Positions 53,316 through 64,000 of a stretch of 64,000 nucleotides of DNA are shown in pieces (within the stretch, counting starts at the first letter, position 1; every line of letters begins with the position of its first letter). The notes below the pieces were generated by a model. That model worked only from the letters and a program-made list of their open reading frames with translations, was not told where the DNA came from and did no database searches. The translations under genes were made by a program, and so were the position numbers. This stretch comes from Escherichia coli (GTDB lineage: Bacteria; Pseudomonadota; Gammaproteobacteria; Enterobacterales; Enterobacteriaceae): NCBI RefSeq assembly GCF_003334785.1, contig NZ_QOWV01000002.1; one strand, given 5' to 3'.

Positions 53316-54473
53316 ATGGAGCGCAACGTCACGCTCGATTTTGTTCGCGGCGTCGCCATTCTGGGGATCCTGCTATTAAACATCAGCGCCTTTGGGCTAC
53401 CAAAGGCGGCTTATCTCAATCCCGCCTGGTACGGTGCTATTACGCCGCGGGATGCATGGACTTGGGCATTTCTTGATCTCATCGGCCAGGTGAAATTCCT
53501 CACGCTTTTTGCGCTACTGTTTGGTGCGGGCCTGCAAATGTTGCTGCCCCGTGGCAGACGCTGGATCCAGTCGCGGTTAACGCTGTTAGTCTTGTTGGGC
53601 TTTATTCACGGTTTATTGTTCTGGGACGGCGATATTTTGCTGGCTTACGGGCTGGTGGGCTTAATCTGCTGGCGGCTGGTGCGCGATGCGCCATCGGTAA
53701 AAAGCCTGTTTAATACAGGCGTCATGCTTTATCTGGTGGGGCTTGGCGTTTTGCTGTTATTGGGGCTGATTTCCGACAGCCAGACCAGCCGCGCCTGGAC
53801 GCCGGATGCATCGGCTATTTTGTATGAAAAATACTGGAAGCTTCACGGCGGCGTTGAAGCGATCAGTTATCGTGCCGATGGTGTTGGCAACAGTTTACTG
53901 GCACTGGGCGCACAGTATGGCTGGCAACTGGCAGGGATGATGCTCATTGGTGCGGCGCTGATGCGCAGCGGCTGGCTGAAAGGGCAGTTCAGCTTACGTC
54001 ACTATCGTCGTACTGGTTTTGTGCTGGTGGCGATTGGGGTGACCATTAACCTTCCTGCCATCGCCCTGCAATGGCAGCTGGACTGGGCGTATCGCTGGTG
54101 TGCCTTCTTACTTCAAATGCCGCGGGAACTGAGTGCGCCGTTTCAGGCGATTGGCTATGCGTCGCTGTTTTATGGCTTCTGGCCGCAATTGAGCCGCTTT
54201 AAGCTGGTGCTTGCGATCGCCTGCGTCGGACGGATGGCGCTGACCAACTATCTATTGCAAACGCTGATTTGTACCACGCTTTTTTACCACCTCGGTTTGT
54301 TTATGCATTTTGACCGCCTGGAGCTGCTGGCGTTTGTTATTCCGGTATGGCTGGCGAATATCCTCTTCTCTGTTATCTGGCTGCGTTACTTCCGCCAGGG
54401 GCCGGTGGAATGGCTCTGGCGTCAGTTAACTTTGCGTGCTGCCGGACCGGCAATATCTAAAACATCAAGATAA
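53316..54473 (+). CDS. yeiB: DUF418-family inner membrane protein YeiB
   Basis: 385-aa polytopic ORF 16 nt after folE. Confidence 0.9.
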   Translation: MERNVTLDFVRGVAILGILLLNISAFGLPKAAYLNPAWYGAITPRDAWTWAFLDLIGQVKFLTLFALLFGAGLQMLLPRGRRWIQSRLTLLVLLGFIHGLLFWDGDILLAYGLVGLICWRLVRDAPSVKSLFNTGVMLYLVGLGVLLLLGLISDSQTSRAWTPDASAILYEKYWKLHGGVEAISYRADGVGNSLLALGAQYGWQLAGMMLIGAALMRSGWLKGQFSLRHYRRTGFVLVAIGVTINLPAIALQWQLDWAYRWCAFLLQMPRELSAPFQAIGYASLFYGFWPQLSRFKLVLAIACVGRMALTNYLLQTLICTTLFYHLGLFMHFDRLELLAFVIPVWLANILFSVIWLRYFRQGPVEWLWRQLTLRAAGPAISKTSR

Positions 54474-54504
54474 CGATCTGGATCACATTCGTTAACAAAA
54501 CGGC

Positions 54505-54518
54505 TGTAACCGTTTCCA
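54505..54518. promoter_or_regulatory. GalR/GalS-type operator in the galS promoter
   Basis: TGTAACCGTTTCCA compared with the gal operator core TGTAAnCGnTTaCA. Confidence 0.6.
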
Positions 54519-54522
54519 TTGC

Positions 54523-54538
54523 TGTGACTCGATTCACG
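54523..54538. promoter_or_regulatory. CRP-like site in the galS promoter
   Basis: TGTGActcgatTCACG matches 9 of the 10 core positions of TGTGA-N6-TCACA. Confidence 0.6.
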
Positions 54539-54614
54539 AAGTCCTGTATTCAGTGCTGACAAAATAGCCGCCAGCAAGCAGTCATTTACTGCAATCTCAT
54601 AACAGGTAGTGAAT

Positions 54615-55655
54615 ATGATCACCATTCGTGATGTAGCGCGTCAGGCTGGCGTCTCTGTGGCAACGGTTTCCCGGGTGCTCAATAACAGCACGCTGGTCAG
54701 TGCCGACACGCGTGAAGCAGTAATGAAAGCCGTGAGTGAGCTGGATTATCGGCCAAACGCCAATGCCCAGGCGCTGGCAACTCAGGTTAGCGACACCATT
54801 GGCGTGGTGGTGATGGACGTTTCTGATGCGTTTTTCGGCGCGCTGGTAAAAGCGGTGGATCTGGTCGCTCAGCAGCATCAGAAATACGTGCTAATCGGCA
54901 ATAGCTATCATGAAGCGGAAAAAGAGCGTCACGCCATTGAGGTGTTAATTCGCCAGCGTTGTAATGCGTTGATTGTTCACTCAAAAGCATTGAGTGACGA
55001 TGAACTGGCGCAATTTATGGATAACATTCCCGGTATGGTGTTAATCAACCGCGTTGTGCCGGGGTACGCCCATCGTTGCGTTTGCCTGGATAATCTCAGC
55101 GGTGCCCGAATGGCGACGCGCATGTTGCTGAATAACGGTCATCAACGTATTGGTTATCTTTCTTCCAGCCACGGCATTGAAGATGACGCCATGCGTAAAG
55201 CAGGCTGGATGAGTGCGTTGAAAGAGCAGGATATTATTCCGCCGGAAAGCTGGATTGGCGCTGGTACGCCGGACATGCCGGGCGGTGAGGCGGCGATGGT
55301 TGAACTGCTGGGGCGCAATCTACAACTTACCGCTGTATTTGCTTATAACGACAATATGGCCGCTGGCGCACTGACAGCATTAAAAGATAATGGCATTGCG
55401 ATTCCGTTACATCTCTCAATCATCGGTTTCGATGATATTCCCATCGCCCGTTACACCGACCCGCAATTAACGACCGTGCGTTATCCCATTGCTTCAATGG
55501 CGAAATTAGCCACCGAACTGGCCTTGCAGGGGGCAGCAGGCAATATTGATCCTCGTGCCAGCCACTGTTTTATGCCGACGTTAGTGCGTCGCCATTCTGT
55601 CGCAACACGCCAGAATGCGGCGGCGATCACTAACTCAACAAATCAGGCGATGTAA
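54615..55655 (+). CDS. galS: Galactose isorepressor GalS (LacI/GalR family)
   Basis: The ATG at 54615 gives the 346-aa [24 protein letters not shown]... form. Confidence 0.95.
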
Positions 55656-55664
55656 CCGCTTTCA
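55651..55664. promoter_or_regulatory. GalS/GalR operator of the mgl promoter (overlaps the galS stop codon)
   Basis: TGTAACCGCTTTCA compared with TGTAAnCGnTTaCA. Confidence 0.6.
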
Positions 55665-55687
55665 ATCTGTGAGTGATTTCACAGTAT
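55664..55687. promoter_or_regulatory. CRP site of the mgl promoter
   Basis: aatcTGTGAgtgattTCACAgtat has perfect TGTGA-N6-TCACA cores. Confidence 0.75.
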
Positions 55688-55934
55688 CTTAACAATGTGA
55701 TAGCTATGATTGCACCGTTTTAACGTTGTAACCCGTATGTAACAGTGAATAATCACTTTTGCCGAGGTAACAGCGTCATAACAACAATTAAAGCCGTTTT
55801 CTGGAGCGTTACCGGGCATGGAAGAACGAATTTTAAAAAGTGAGCTTCGGCGTTCAGTAACACTTCATTAACTCTACTGCCCCGCCGAGCATTTATCTCA
55901 AGCACTACCCTGCATAAGAAAAACCGGAGATACC

Positions 55935-56933
55935 ATGAATAAGAAGGTGTTAACCCTGTCTGCTGTGATGGCCAGCATGTTATTCGGTGCCGCTGCACAC
56001 GCTGCTGATACTCGCATTGGTGTAACAATCTATAAGTACGACGATAACTTTATGTCTGTAGTGCGCAAGGCTATTGAGCAAGATGCGAAAGCCGCGCCAG
56101 ATGTTCAGCTGCTGATGAATGATTCTCAGAATGACCAGTCCAAGCAGAACGATCAGATCGACGTATTGCTGGCGAAAGGGGTGAAGGCACTGGCAATCAA
56201 CCTGGTTGACCCGGCAGCTGCGGGTACGGTGATTGAGAAAGCGCGTGGGCAAAACGTGCCGGTGGTTTTCTTCAACAAAGAACCGTCTCGTAAGGCGCTG
56301 GATAGCTACGACAAAGCCTACTACGTTGGCACTGACTCCAAAGAGTCCGGCATTATTCAAGGCGATTTGATTGCTAAACACTGGGCGGCGAATCAGGGTT
56401 GGGATCTGAACAAAGACGGTCAGATTCAGTTCGTACTGCTGAAAGGTGAACCGGGCCATCCGGATGCAGAAGCACGTACCACTTACGTGATTAAAGAATT
56501 GAACGATAAAGGCATCAAAACTGAACAGTTACAGTTAGATACCGCAATGTGGGACACCGCTCAGGCGAAAGATAAGATGGACGCCTGGCTGTCTGGCCCG
56601 AACGCCAACAAAATCGAAGTGGTTATCGCCAACAACGATGCGATGGCAATGGGCGCGGTTGAAGCGCTGAAAGCACACAACAAGTCCAGCATTCCGGTGT
56701 TTGGCGTCGATGCGCTGCCAGAAGCGCTGGCGCTGGTGAAATCCGGTGCACTGGCGGGCACCGTACTGAACGATGCTAACAACCAGGCGAAAGCGACCTT
56801 TGATCTGGCGAAAAACCTGGCCGATGGTAAAGGTGCGGCTGATGGCACCAACTGGAAAATCGACAACAAAGTGGTCCGCGTACCTTATGTTGGCGTAGAT
56901 AAAGACAACCTGGCTGAATTCAGCAAGAAATAA
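55935..56933 (+). CDS. mglB: Periplasmic D-galactose/D-glucose-binding protein MglB
   Basis: 332 aa with the signal peptide ...FGAAAHA. Recognised sequence. Confidence 0.97.
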   Translation: MNKKVLTLSAVMASMLFGAAAHAADTRIGVTIYKYDDNFMSVVRKAIEQDAKAAPDVQLLMNDSQNDQSKQNDQIDVLLAKGVKALAINLVDPAAAGTVIEKARGQNVPVVFFNKEPSRKALDSYDKAYYVGTDSKESGIIQGDLIAKHWAANQGWDLNKDGQIQFVLLKGEPGHPDAEARTTYVIKELNDKGIKTEQLQLDTAMWDTAQAKDKMDAWLSGPNANKIEVVIANNDAMAMGAVEALKAHNKSSIPVFGVDALPEALALVKSGALAGTVLNDANNQAKATFDLAKNLADGKGAADGTNWKIDNKVVRVPYVGVDKDNLAEFSKK

Positions 56934-56941
56934 GACTGATT

Positions 56942-56964
56942 GGGCGCAGTCTATTACTGCGCCC
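56942..56964 (+). other. Intercistronic mglB-mglA stem-loop (mRNA stabiliser / partial terminator)
   Basis: GGGCGCAGT-ctatt-ACTGCGCCC is a 9-bp perfect stem followed by TTATTG. Confidence 0.7.
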
Positions 56965-56993
56965 TTATTGTATGGCCAACAAGGTAAAATTAT

Positions 56994-58514
56994 ATGGTCA
57001 GCTCAACGACTCCGTCCTCCGGGGAATACTTGTTGGAAATGAGCGGTATCAACAAGTCCTTTCCTGGTGTTAAGGCACTTGATAACGTTAATTTAAAAGT
57101 CCGGCCACATTCTATCCATGCATTAATGGGGGAAAACGGTGCAGGAAAATCGACATTATTAAAATGCCTGTTTGGTATTTATCAAAAAGACTCCGGCACC
57201 ATTTTATTCCAGGGTAAAGAGATCGATTTCCATTCTGCAAAAGAAGCCCTGGAAAATGGTATTTCGATGGTACACCAGGAGTTAAACCTGGTATTACAAC
57301 GTTCGGTGATGGATAACATGTGGCTGGGGCGATATCCCACCAAAGGCATGTTTGTCGATCAGGACAAAATGTACCGCGAAACCAAAGCGATTTTTGACGA
57401 ACTGGATATTGATATCGATCCGCGTGCGCGCGTCGGCACATTATCCGTTTCGCAAATGCAGATGATCGAAATCGCCAAAGCGTTTTCCTATAACGCGAAA
57501 ATTGTGATTATGGATGAACCGACTTCTTCGTTAACCGAAAAAGAGGTCAATCATCTGTTCACTATTATTCGTAAATTAAAAGAGCGCGGCTGCGGTATTG
57601 TTTATATCTCGCATAAAATGGAAGAAATCTTCCAGTTATGTGATGAAGTTACCGTATTGCGCGACGGTCAGTGGATCGCCACCGAACCGCTGGCAGGACT
57701 GACGATGGACAAGATCATCGCCATGATGGTTGGGCGTTCTCTTAACCAGCGTTTCCCTGACAAAGAAAACAAACCGGGCGAAGTCATCCTCGAGGTACGT
57801 AACCTGACGTCACTGCGCCAGCCGTCGATTCGCGATGTCTCGTTTGATCTGCATAAAGGGGAGATCCTCGGTATTGCCGGTCTGGTGGGGGCGAAACGTA
57901 CCGATATTGTTGAGACGTTATTTGGTATTCGCGAGAAATCGGCTGGCACCATAACGTTGCACGGCAAACAGATCAATAACCATAATGCCAACGAAGCCAT
58001 AAACCATGGATTTGCACTGGTAACTGAGGAGCGCCGCTCAACGGGAATTTATGCCTATCTGGATATTGGTTTTAACTCGTTAATTTCCAATATTCGCAAC
58101 TACAAAAATAAAGTTGGTTTACTGGATAACTCGCGGATGAAAAGCGATACCCAGTGGGTGATTGATTCGATGCGGGTAAAAACGCCGGGTCATCGGACGC
58201 AAATTGGTTCGCTCTCCGGTGGTAATCAGCAAAAGGTGATTATTGGTCGCTGGCTACTAACGCAACCAGAAATATTAATGCTCGATGAACCGACGCGCGG
58301 TATTGATGTCGGGGCGAAGTTTGAAATTTATCAGTTAATTGCCGAACTGGCGAAGAAAGGCAAGGGGATTATTATTATCTCCTCTGAAATGCCTGAGTTG
58401 TTAGGGATAACAGACCGTATTCTGGTCATGAGCAATGGTCTCGTTTCCGGAATTGTCGATACAAAAACAACAACGCAAAACGAAATTCTGCGTCTTGCGT
58501 CTTTGCACCTTTAA
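56994..58514 (+). CDS. mglA: Galactose/methyl-galactoside ABC transporter ATPase MglA
   Basis: 506-aa duplicated ABC ATPase with GENGAGKST and two signature motifs. Confidence 0.96.
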
Positions 58515-58529
58515 GATTAGGGGCTTCCC

Positions 58530-59540
58530 ATGAGTGCGTTAAATAAGAAAAGTTTTCTTACTTACCTGAAAGAGGGCGGTATTTACGTCGTTCTTTTAGT
58601 TTTGCTGGCGATTATTATTTTCCAGGACCCAACATTTTTAAGTCTGTTGAACTTAAGTAATATTCTCACCCAGTCATCGGTGCGTATTATTATCGCGCTC
58701 GGTGTGGCAGGGTTAATTGTCACCCAGGGGACCGATCTTTCTGCTGGTCGTCAGGTAGGGCTGGCGGCAGTGGTGGCTGCGACATTATTGCAGTCCATGG
58801 ATAACGCCAACAAAGTGTTCCCGGAAATGGCGACGATGCCGATTGCGCTGGTTATTCTGATTGTCTGTGCCATTGGTGCGGTGATCGGTTTGATCAACGG
58901 TCTGATTATCGCTTATCTCAACGTGACGCCGTTCATTACCACGCTCGGCACGATGATCATCGTCTATGGCATCAACTCGCTCTATTACGACTTTGTCGGG
59001 GCGTCGCCAATTTCTGGTTTTGACAGTGGCTTCTCTACCTTTGCTCAGGGCTTTGTCGCGCTGGGGAGTTTCCGTCTCTCTTACATCACCTTCTACGCGT
59101 TGATTGCGGTGGCGTTCGTCTGGGTGTTGTGGAACAAAACCCGCTTCGGTAAGAACATTTTTGCCATTGGCGGTAACCCGGAAGCGGCAAAAGTATCTGG
59201 TGTCAACGTCGGCCTGAACCTGCTGATGATCTACGCGTTGTCTGGCGTGTTCTATGCCTTTGGCGGGATGTTAGAAGCCGGACGTATCGGCTCTGCCACC
59301 AACAACCTCGGCTTTATGTATGAGCTGGATGCTATCGCGGCGTGCGTGGTAGGCGGTGTATCGTTCAGCGGCGGTGTGGGGACGGTGATTGGCGTGGTGA
59401 CCGGGGTAATTATTTTTACCGTCATCAACTATGGCCTGACGTATATCGGCGTAAACCCATACTGGCAGTACATCATCAAAGGGGCGATTATTATCTTCGC
59501 CGTAGCGCTGGATTCACTGAAATACGCGCGTAAGAAATGA
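58530..59540 (+). CDS. mglC: Galactose/methyl-galactoside ABC transporter permease MglC
   Basis: 336-aa polytopic ORF. Recognised sequence. Confidence 0.96.
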   Translation: MSALNKKSFLTYLKEGGIYVVLLVLLAIIIFQDPTFLSLLNLSNILTQSSVRIIIALGVAGLIVTQGTDLSAGRQVGLAAVVAATLLQSMDNANKVFPEMATMPIALVILIVCAIGAVIGLINGLIIAYLNVTPFITTLGTMIIVYGINSLYYDFVGASPISGFDSGFSTFAQGFVALGSFRLSYITFYALIAVAFVWVLWNKTRFGKNIFAIGGNPEAAKVSGVNVGLNLLMIYALSGVFYAFGGMLEAGRIGSATNNLGFMYELDAIAACVVGGVSFSGGVGTVIGVVTGVIIFTVINYGLTYIGVNPYWQYIIKGAIIIFAVALDSLKYARKK

Positions 59541-59598
59541 TGTGAATGTGGTCCGCATTCGGTCATAAACGCACATAACATCATGATCTGTGTGGTTT

Positions 59599-59780
59599 TG
59601 TAGGCCGGATAAGGCGTTCACGCCGCATCCGGCAACAGGAGCCAAATGCCGGATGCAACGCTGGCGCGTTTTATCCGGCCTACAATAAGCTCAACATACT
59701 GATTTGTATGGTTTTGTAGGCCGGATAAGGCGTTCAAGCCGCATCCGGCGACAGGAACCAAATGCCGGATGCGTCTCTGG
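59599..59780. repeat. BIME cluster: four REP units arranged as a ~116-bp tandem duplication
   Basis: TGTAGGCCGGATAAGGCGTTCA[C/A]GCCGCATCCGGC[A/G]ACAGGA[G/A]CCAAATGCCGGATGC occurs twice, starting at 59599 and 59716. Confidence 0.9.
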
Positions 59781-59782
59781 TT

Positions 59783-61018
59783 TTACAACGTTACCGGGTG
59801 TTCTTTCTCGCCTTTCTTAAACTTCACTTCCCCGAGCTCAATACAACCCACCGGGCAGACGTGACCACAAAGCAGACAACCCACACATTTCTCGGTATTA
59901 CAATGCGGTGTGCGGGTTTTCTCGCTCCATTCCATCGCCTGGTGACCGCCGTCGTAACAGGAAATATAACAGCGTCCACAGCCAACACATTTATCAAGAT
60001 TGATACGGGGATAGACAATATAACTGCGGTCTAAATCTTCCGCCGGGACAATATTGTTATTCGCCAGACCTACCATCTCCTGCAGCGAATCAAATCCCTG
60101 ATCGGCGAGATAATGCGACAACCCGCTTGCCATATCTTCCACTATCCGATACCCGTACTGCATGATGCCGGTGGTCACCTGTAACGTTGCTGCGCCGAGC
60201 AATAAAAACTCAGCCGCATCCTCCCAGGTTTCAATGCCGCCGATACCGCTGATTGGGAAATCGCGCAGTTCTGGATGGGTGCGCATTTGCTGAATGAAGC
60301 GCAGGGCGATCGGTTTTACCGCTTTACCGGAATATCCGGAAATACTCGATTTTCCGTTAACGATCGGCATACCGATTTTCTGATTAAGATCGATATTGGT
60401 GATGGATTTAACGGTGTTAATCGCCGCAATGCCATCTGCGCCGCCGCGCTTCGCCGCCAGCGCCACTTCGCACATATCACCGATATTCGGCGTCATCTTC
60501 GCCAGCATTGGCAGCGTGGAACCCCGTTTCACTGCCCGACAATATTTTTCTACCAGCTCCGGGCTTTGCCCGACATCGCTACCCATCGCATGAGAAGTCA
60601 TTTGCGGACAGGAGAAGTTACACTCGATCATATCCGCGCCAGCTTCTTGCACCAGGCGCGCCAGCTCCTCCCATTGCTGCTCATTTTCCCCCATGATCGA
60701 AGCGATCAATACTTTGTCCGGGTAATCTTCCTTCAGCCGACGCAGGGCGGCCAGATTCTCTTCCAACGGATGTTCAGCAATCTGCTCCATATTTTTGAAG
60801 CCGATAAAACCGGTATCTTCTTTCACCAGATGATCAAAACGCGGCGAGACTTCGTTGGCGATAAAAAAGCCGATCGTTTTAAACACCACACCGCCCCAAC
60901 CTGTGTCGTAGGCTTTGGCACACATCTCATAGCAGTTGCCTACCGGCGAAGAAGAGAGGCAGAACGGGTTGGGAAACTTCACGCCGCAAAAAGTAATCGA
61001 AAGATCTTTCGTTAACAT
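59783..61018 (-). CDS. preA: NAD-dependent dihydropyrimidine dehydrogenase subunit PreA (YeiA)
   Basis: The ATG at 61018 gives the 411-aa [10 protein letters not shown]... form. DHOD-like TIM barrel plus two C-terminal 4Fe-4S ferredoxin motifs (CVGCGRC, CVGCLLC). Confidence 0.94.
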   Translation of the reverse strand: MLTKDLSITFCGVKFPNPFCLSSSPVGNCYEMCAKAYDTGWGGVVFKTIGFFIANEVSPRFDHLVKEDTGFIGFKNMEQIAEHPLEENLAALRRLKEDYPDKVLIASIMGENEQQWEELARLVQEAGADMIECNFSCPQMTSHAMGSDVGQSPELVEKYCRAVKRGSTLPMLAKMTPNIGDMCEVALAAKRGGADGIAAINTVKSITNIDLNQKIGMPIVNGKSSISGYSGKAVKPIALRFIQQMRTHPELRDFPISGIGGIETWEDAAEFLLLGAATLQVTTGIMQYGYRIVEDMASGLSHYLADQGFDSLQEMVGLANNNIVPAEDLDRSYIVYPRINLDKCVGCGRCYISCYDGGHQAMEWSEKTRTPHCNTEKCVGCLLCGHVCPVGCIELGEVKFKKGEKEHPVTL

Positions 61019-62250
61019 GAGCAAGCTCCCTCTAAATAGTGATGAATCGCCTCGGCGGCTTCTTTCCCGGTTTTCACGGCATAGACCACGGTTTTGTCAC
61101 CCTCAACAATCTCGCCAGCAGCAAAGACTTGCGGGTCGCGGGTCTGGTAATTTTGTGTTTTGATGGTGTTACGCTGCGGCTCTAACTCCGCAAAGGCATC
61201 TAGTCTGGCATGCTGACCGACGGCGAGAATAATTTTATCTGCCGCCATCGTCAGTTCGCCCGATAACCGTACATGCTTAAACGTGACTTTATTGCCTTCC
61301 ACGGCTACTGGCGTGAATCCATCGATGATCGAAACGCCCAGCTCCCGGGCGCTGGTAAACTCTTTTTCGCTTGCCGGAAACTCATCTAACTCTTCACGCG
61401 CTACGCAAGTTACCGCCTGACAGCCGAGAACTTTCAGCGTGCTGGCTACGTCCATCGCGACATCACCGCCGCCGATAATTAATGCGCTTTGTGGAATGCT
61501 GATATCGCCTTGCGCCTGTCGTGCACGTTGCAAGAAGTCGACGGCAATCTCAACGTCACTATGCTCAAACAGCGGTAGCCCGGAACCGCTTGATAACCCC
61601 ACGGTGACCAGTACCGCGCGGTTTTCTGCTTTCAGCTGCTCAAGGGTGAGTGTGTTACCGACTTCGTTGTTGCACTTAATGGTCACGCCCATTTTTTCAA
61701 TACGGGCGATCTCTGCATCCAGCACTGATTGCGGTAACCGGAATTGCGGAATACCGTTACGCAACCAGCCACCGGGGTGCGCTTCTTTCTCATAAATCGT
61801 GACGTCATAACCCTGGTTTGTCAGTGTCACACTGGCCTGCAATCCGGCAGGACCTGCGCCAATAATCGCGACTTTGCCGAGCGTTTTAGTACCGGGCTGA
61901 TAAATTTCCATTCCGGTTTGTTGTTCAAAATCAGTAACAAAACGCTGTAAGCGGCCGATATCAATGGGAGCATCAACACCGGCACGGGTACAACCGCTTT
62001 GGCATAATTTCTCCGTCGGGCACACTCTGGCACAAACGGCACCGAGGGCATTATTTTCGCGAATTGTCTCGGCAGCGCCTTTAAAATTACGAAAGTAGAT
62101 TGAGCGAATAAATTTCCCCGGATCGGTCTGTGCCGGGCAAGCCTGACTACAGGGAGCGTCGTGACATAATAAACAGCGAGAGGCTTCTTTAATCGCCAGT
62201 AAAGACGTAAAAGCCGGAGTGAGTTCATCCAGATAATTTTGTTGCGGCAT
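61012..62250 (-). CDS. preT: NAD-dependent dihydropyrimidine dehydrogenase subunit PreT (YeiT)
   Basis: 412 aa with an N-terminal Fe-S cysteine cluster and two dinucleotide folds ([16 protein letters not shown]). The stop lies inside the preA start region (ATGTTAA). Confidence 0.94.
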   Translation of the reverse strand: MPQQNYLDELTPAFTSLLAIKEASRCLLCHDAPCSQACPAQTDPGKFIRSIYFRNFKGAAETIRENNALGAVCARVCPTEKLCQSGCTRAGVDAPIDIGRLQRFVTDFEQQTGMEIYQPGTKTLGKVAIIGAGPAGLQASVTLTNQGYDVTIYEKEAHPGGWLRNGIPQFRLPQSVLDAEIARIEKMGVTIKCNNEVGNTLTLEQLKAENRAVLVTVGLSSGSGLPLFEHSDVEIAVDFLQRARQAQGDISIPQSALIIGGGDVAMDVASTLKVLGCQAVTCVAREELDEFPASEKEFTSARELGVSIIDGFTPVAVEGNKVTFKHVRLSGELTMAADKIILAVGQHARLDAFAELEPQRNTIKTQNYQTRDPQVFAAGEIVEGDKTVVYAVKTGKEAAEAIHHYLEGACSC

Positions 62251-62443
62251 GTGATCTTCCTTAATGCTATAGGTAATTAAGGCGAGCGTTTAGTAAATAA
62301 TAATGTACTGATATTAAGGCTAAGCGTGCGGGGGAATTTAAACTGTGAAAAGATTCACAAATAGCTGCGGTTAGGAATGTGATATCCGCAGCTTATCAGG
62401 TGAAGTAATAATTATTCTCAATAATTAACTGGAGAGGGGAATA

Positions 62444-64000
<1,557 letters not shown>

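Noticed and set aside
60275-61015. 246-aa plus-strand ORF
   Set aside because: It is antisense to preA and is a shadow ORF.

Overview
The window reads as core Escherichia coli chromosome, K-12-like. It is the reverse complement of the ccm-to-cdd stretch, running ccmA' through ccmH, narP, yejO, proL, the yej and yei genes, fruBKA, psuKGT, nfo, lysP, cirA, folE, galS, mglBAC and preTA to cdd'. I recognised almost every long ORF from its translation. This gives 58 protein genes (two cut by the window edges), one tRNA-Pro(GGG), six REP/BIME clusters and a set of textbook operators (Cra, Fur, GalR/GalS, CRP). I found no IS element, prophage, CRISPR array, defence island or toxin-antitoxin pair. 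I also found no multi-gene block that I cannot name, so I cannot honestly claim a clear undescribed system. The best second-look items are: (1) psuK-psuG-psuT sits back-to-back with the poorly characterised yeiL / rihB-nupX / yeiI(-nfo) cluster, with an 88.5 % identical transporter pair whose similarity extends into leader and REP, and an HTH-kinase fusion (yeiI) two nucleotides downstream of nfo; (2) a 16-bp hairpin pairs the nfo Shine-Dalgarno with sequence just after yeiH; (3) an 18-bp-spaced direct repeat sits in front of psuK; (4) twin hairpins bracket the ccmH/narP BIME and imply fully overlapping antisense 3' UTRs; (5) yejO is an intact AT-rich autotransporter gene next to proL with no IS5; (6) there are unassigned palindromes or CRP-like sites in front of yeiL and preT; (7) Chi sites are strongly skewed to one strand, which fixes the replication direction. 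All coordinates were counted by hand from the printed sequence and may be off by a base or two for short motifs.
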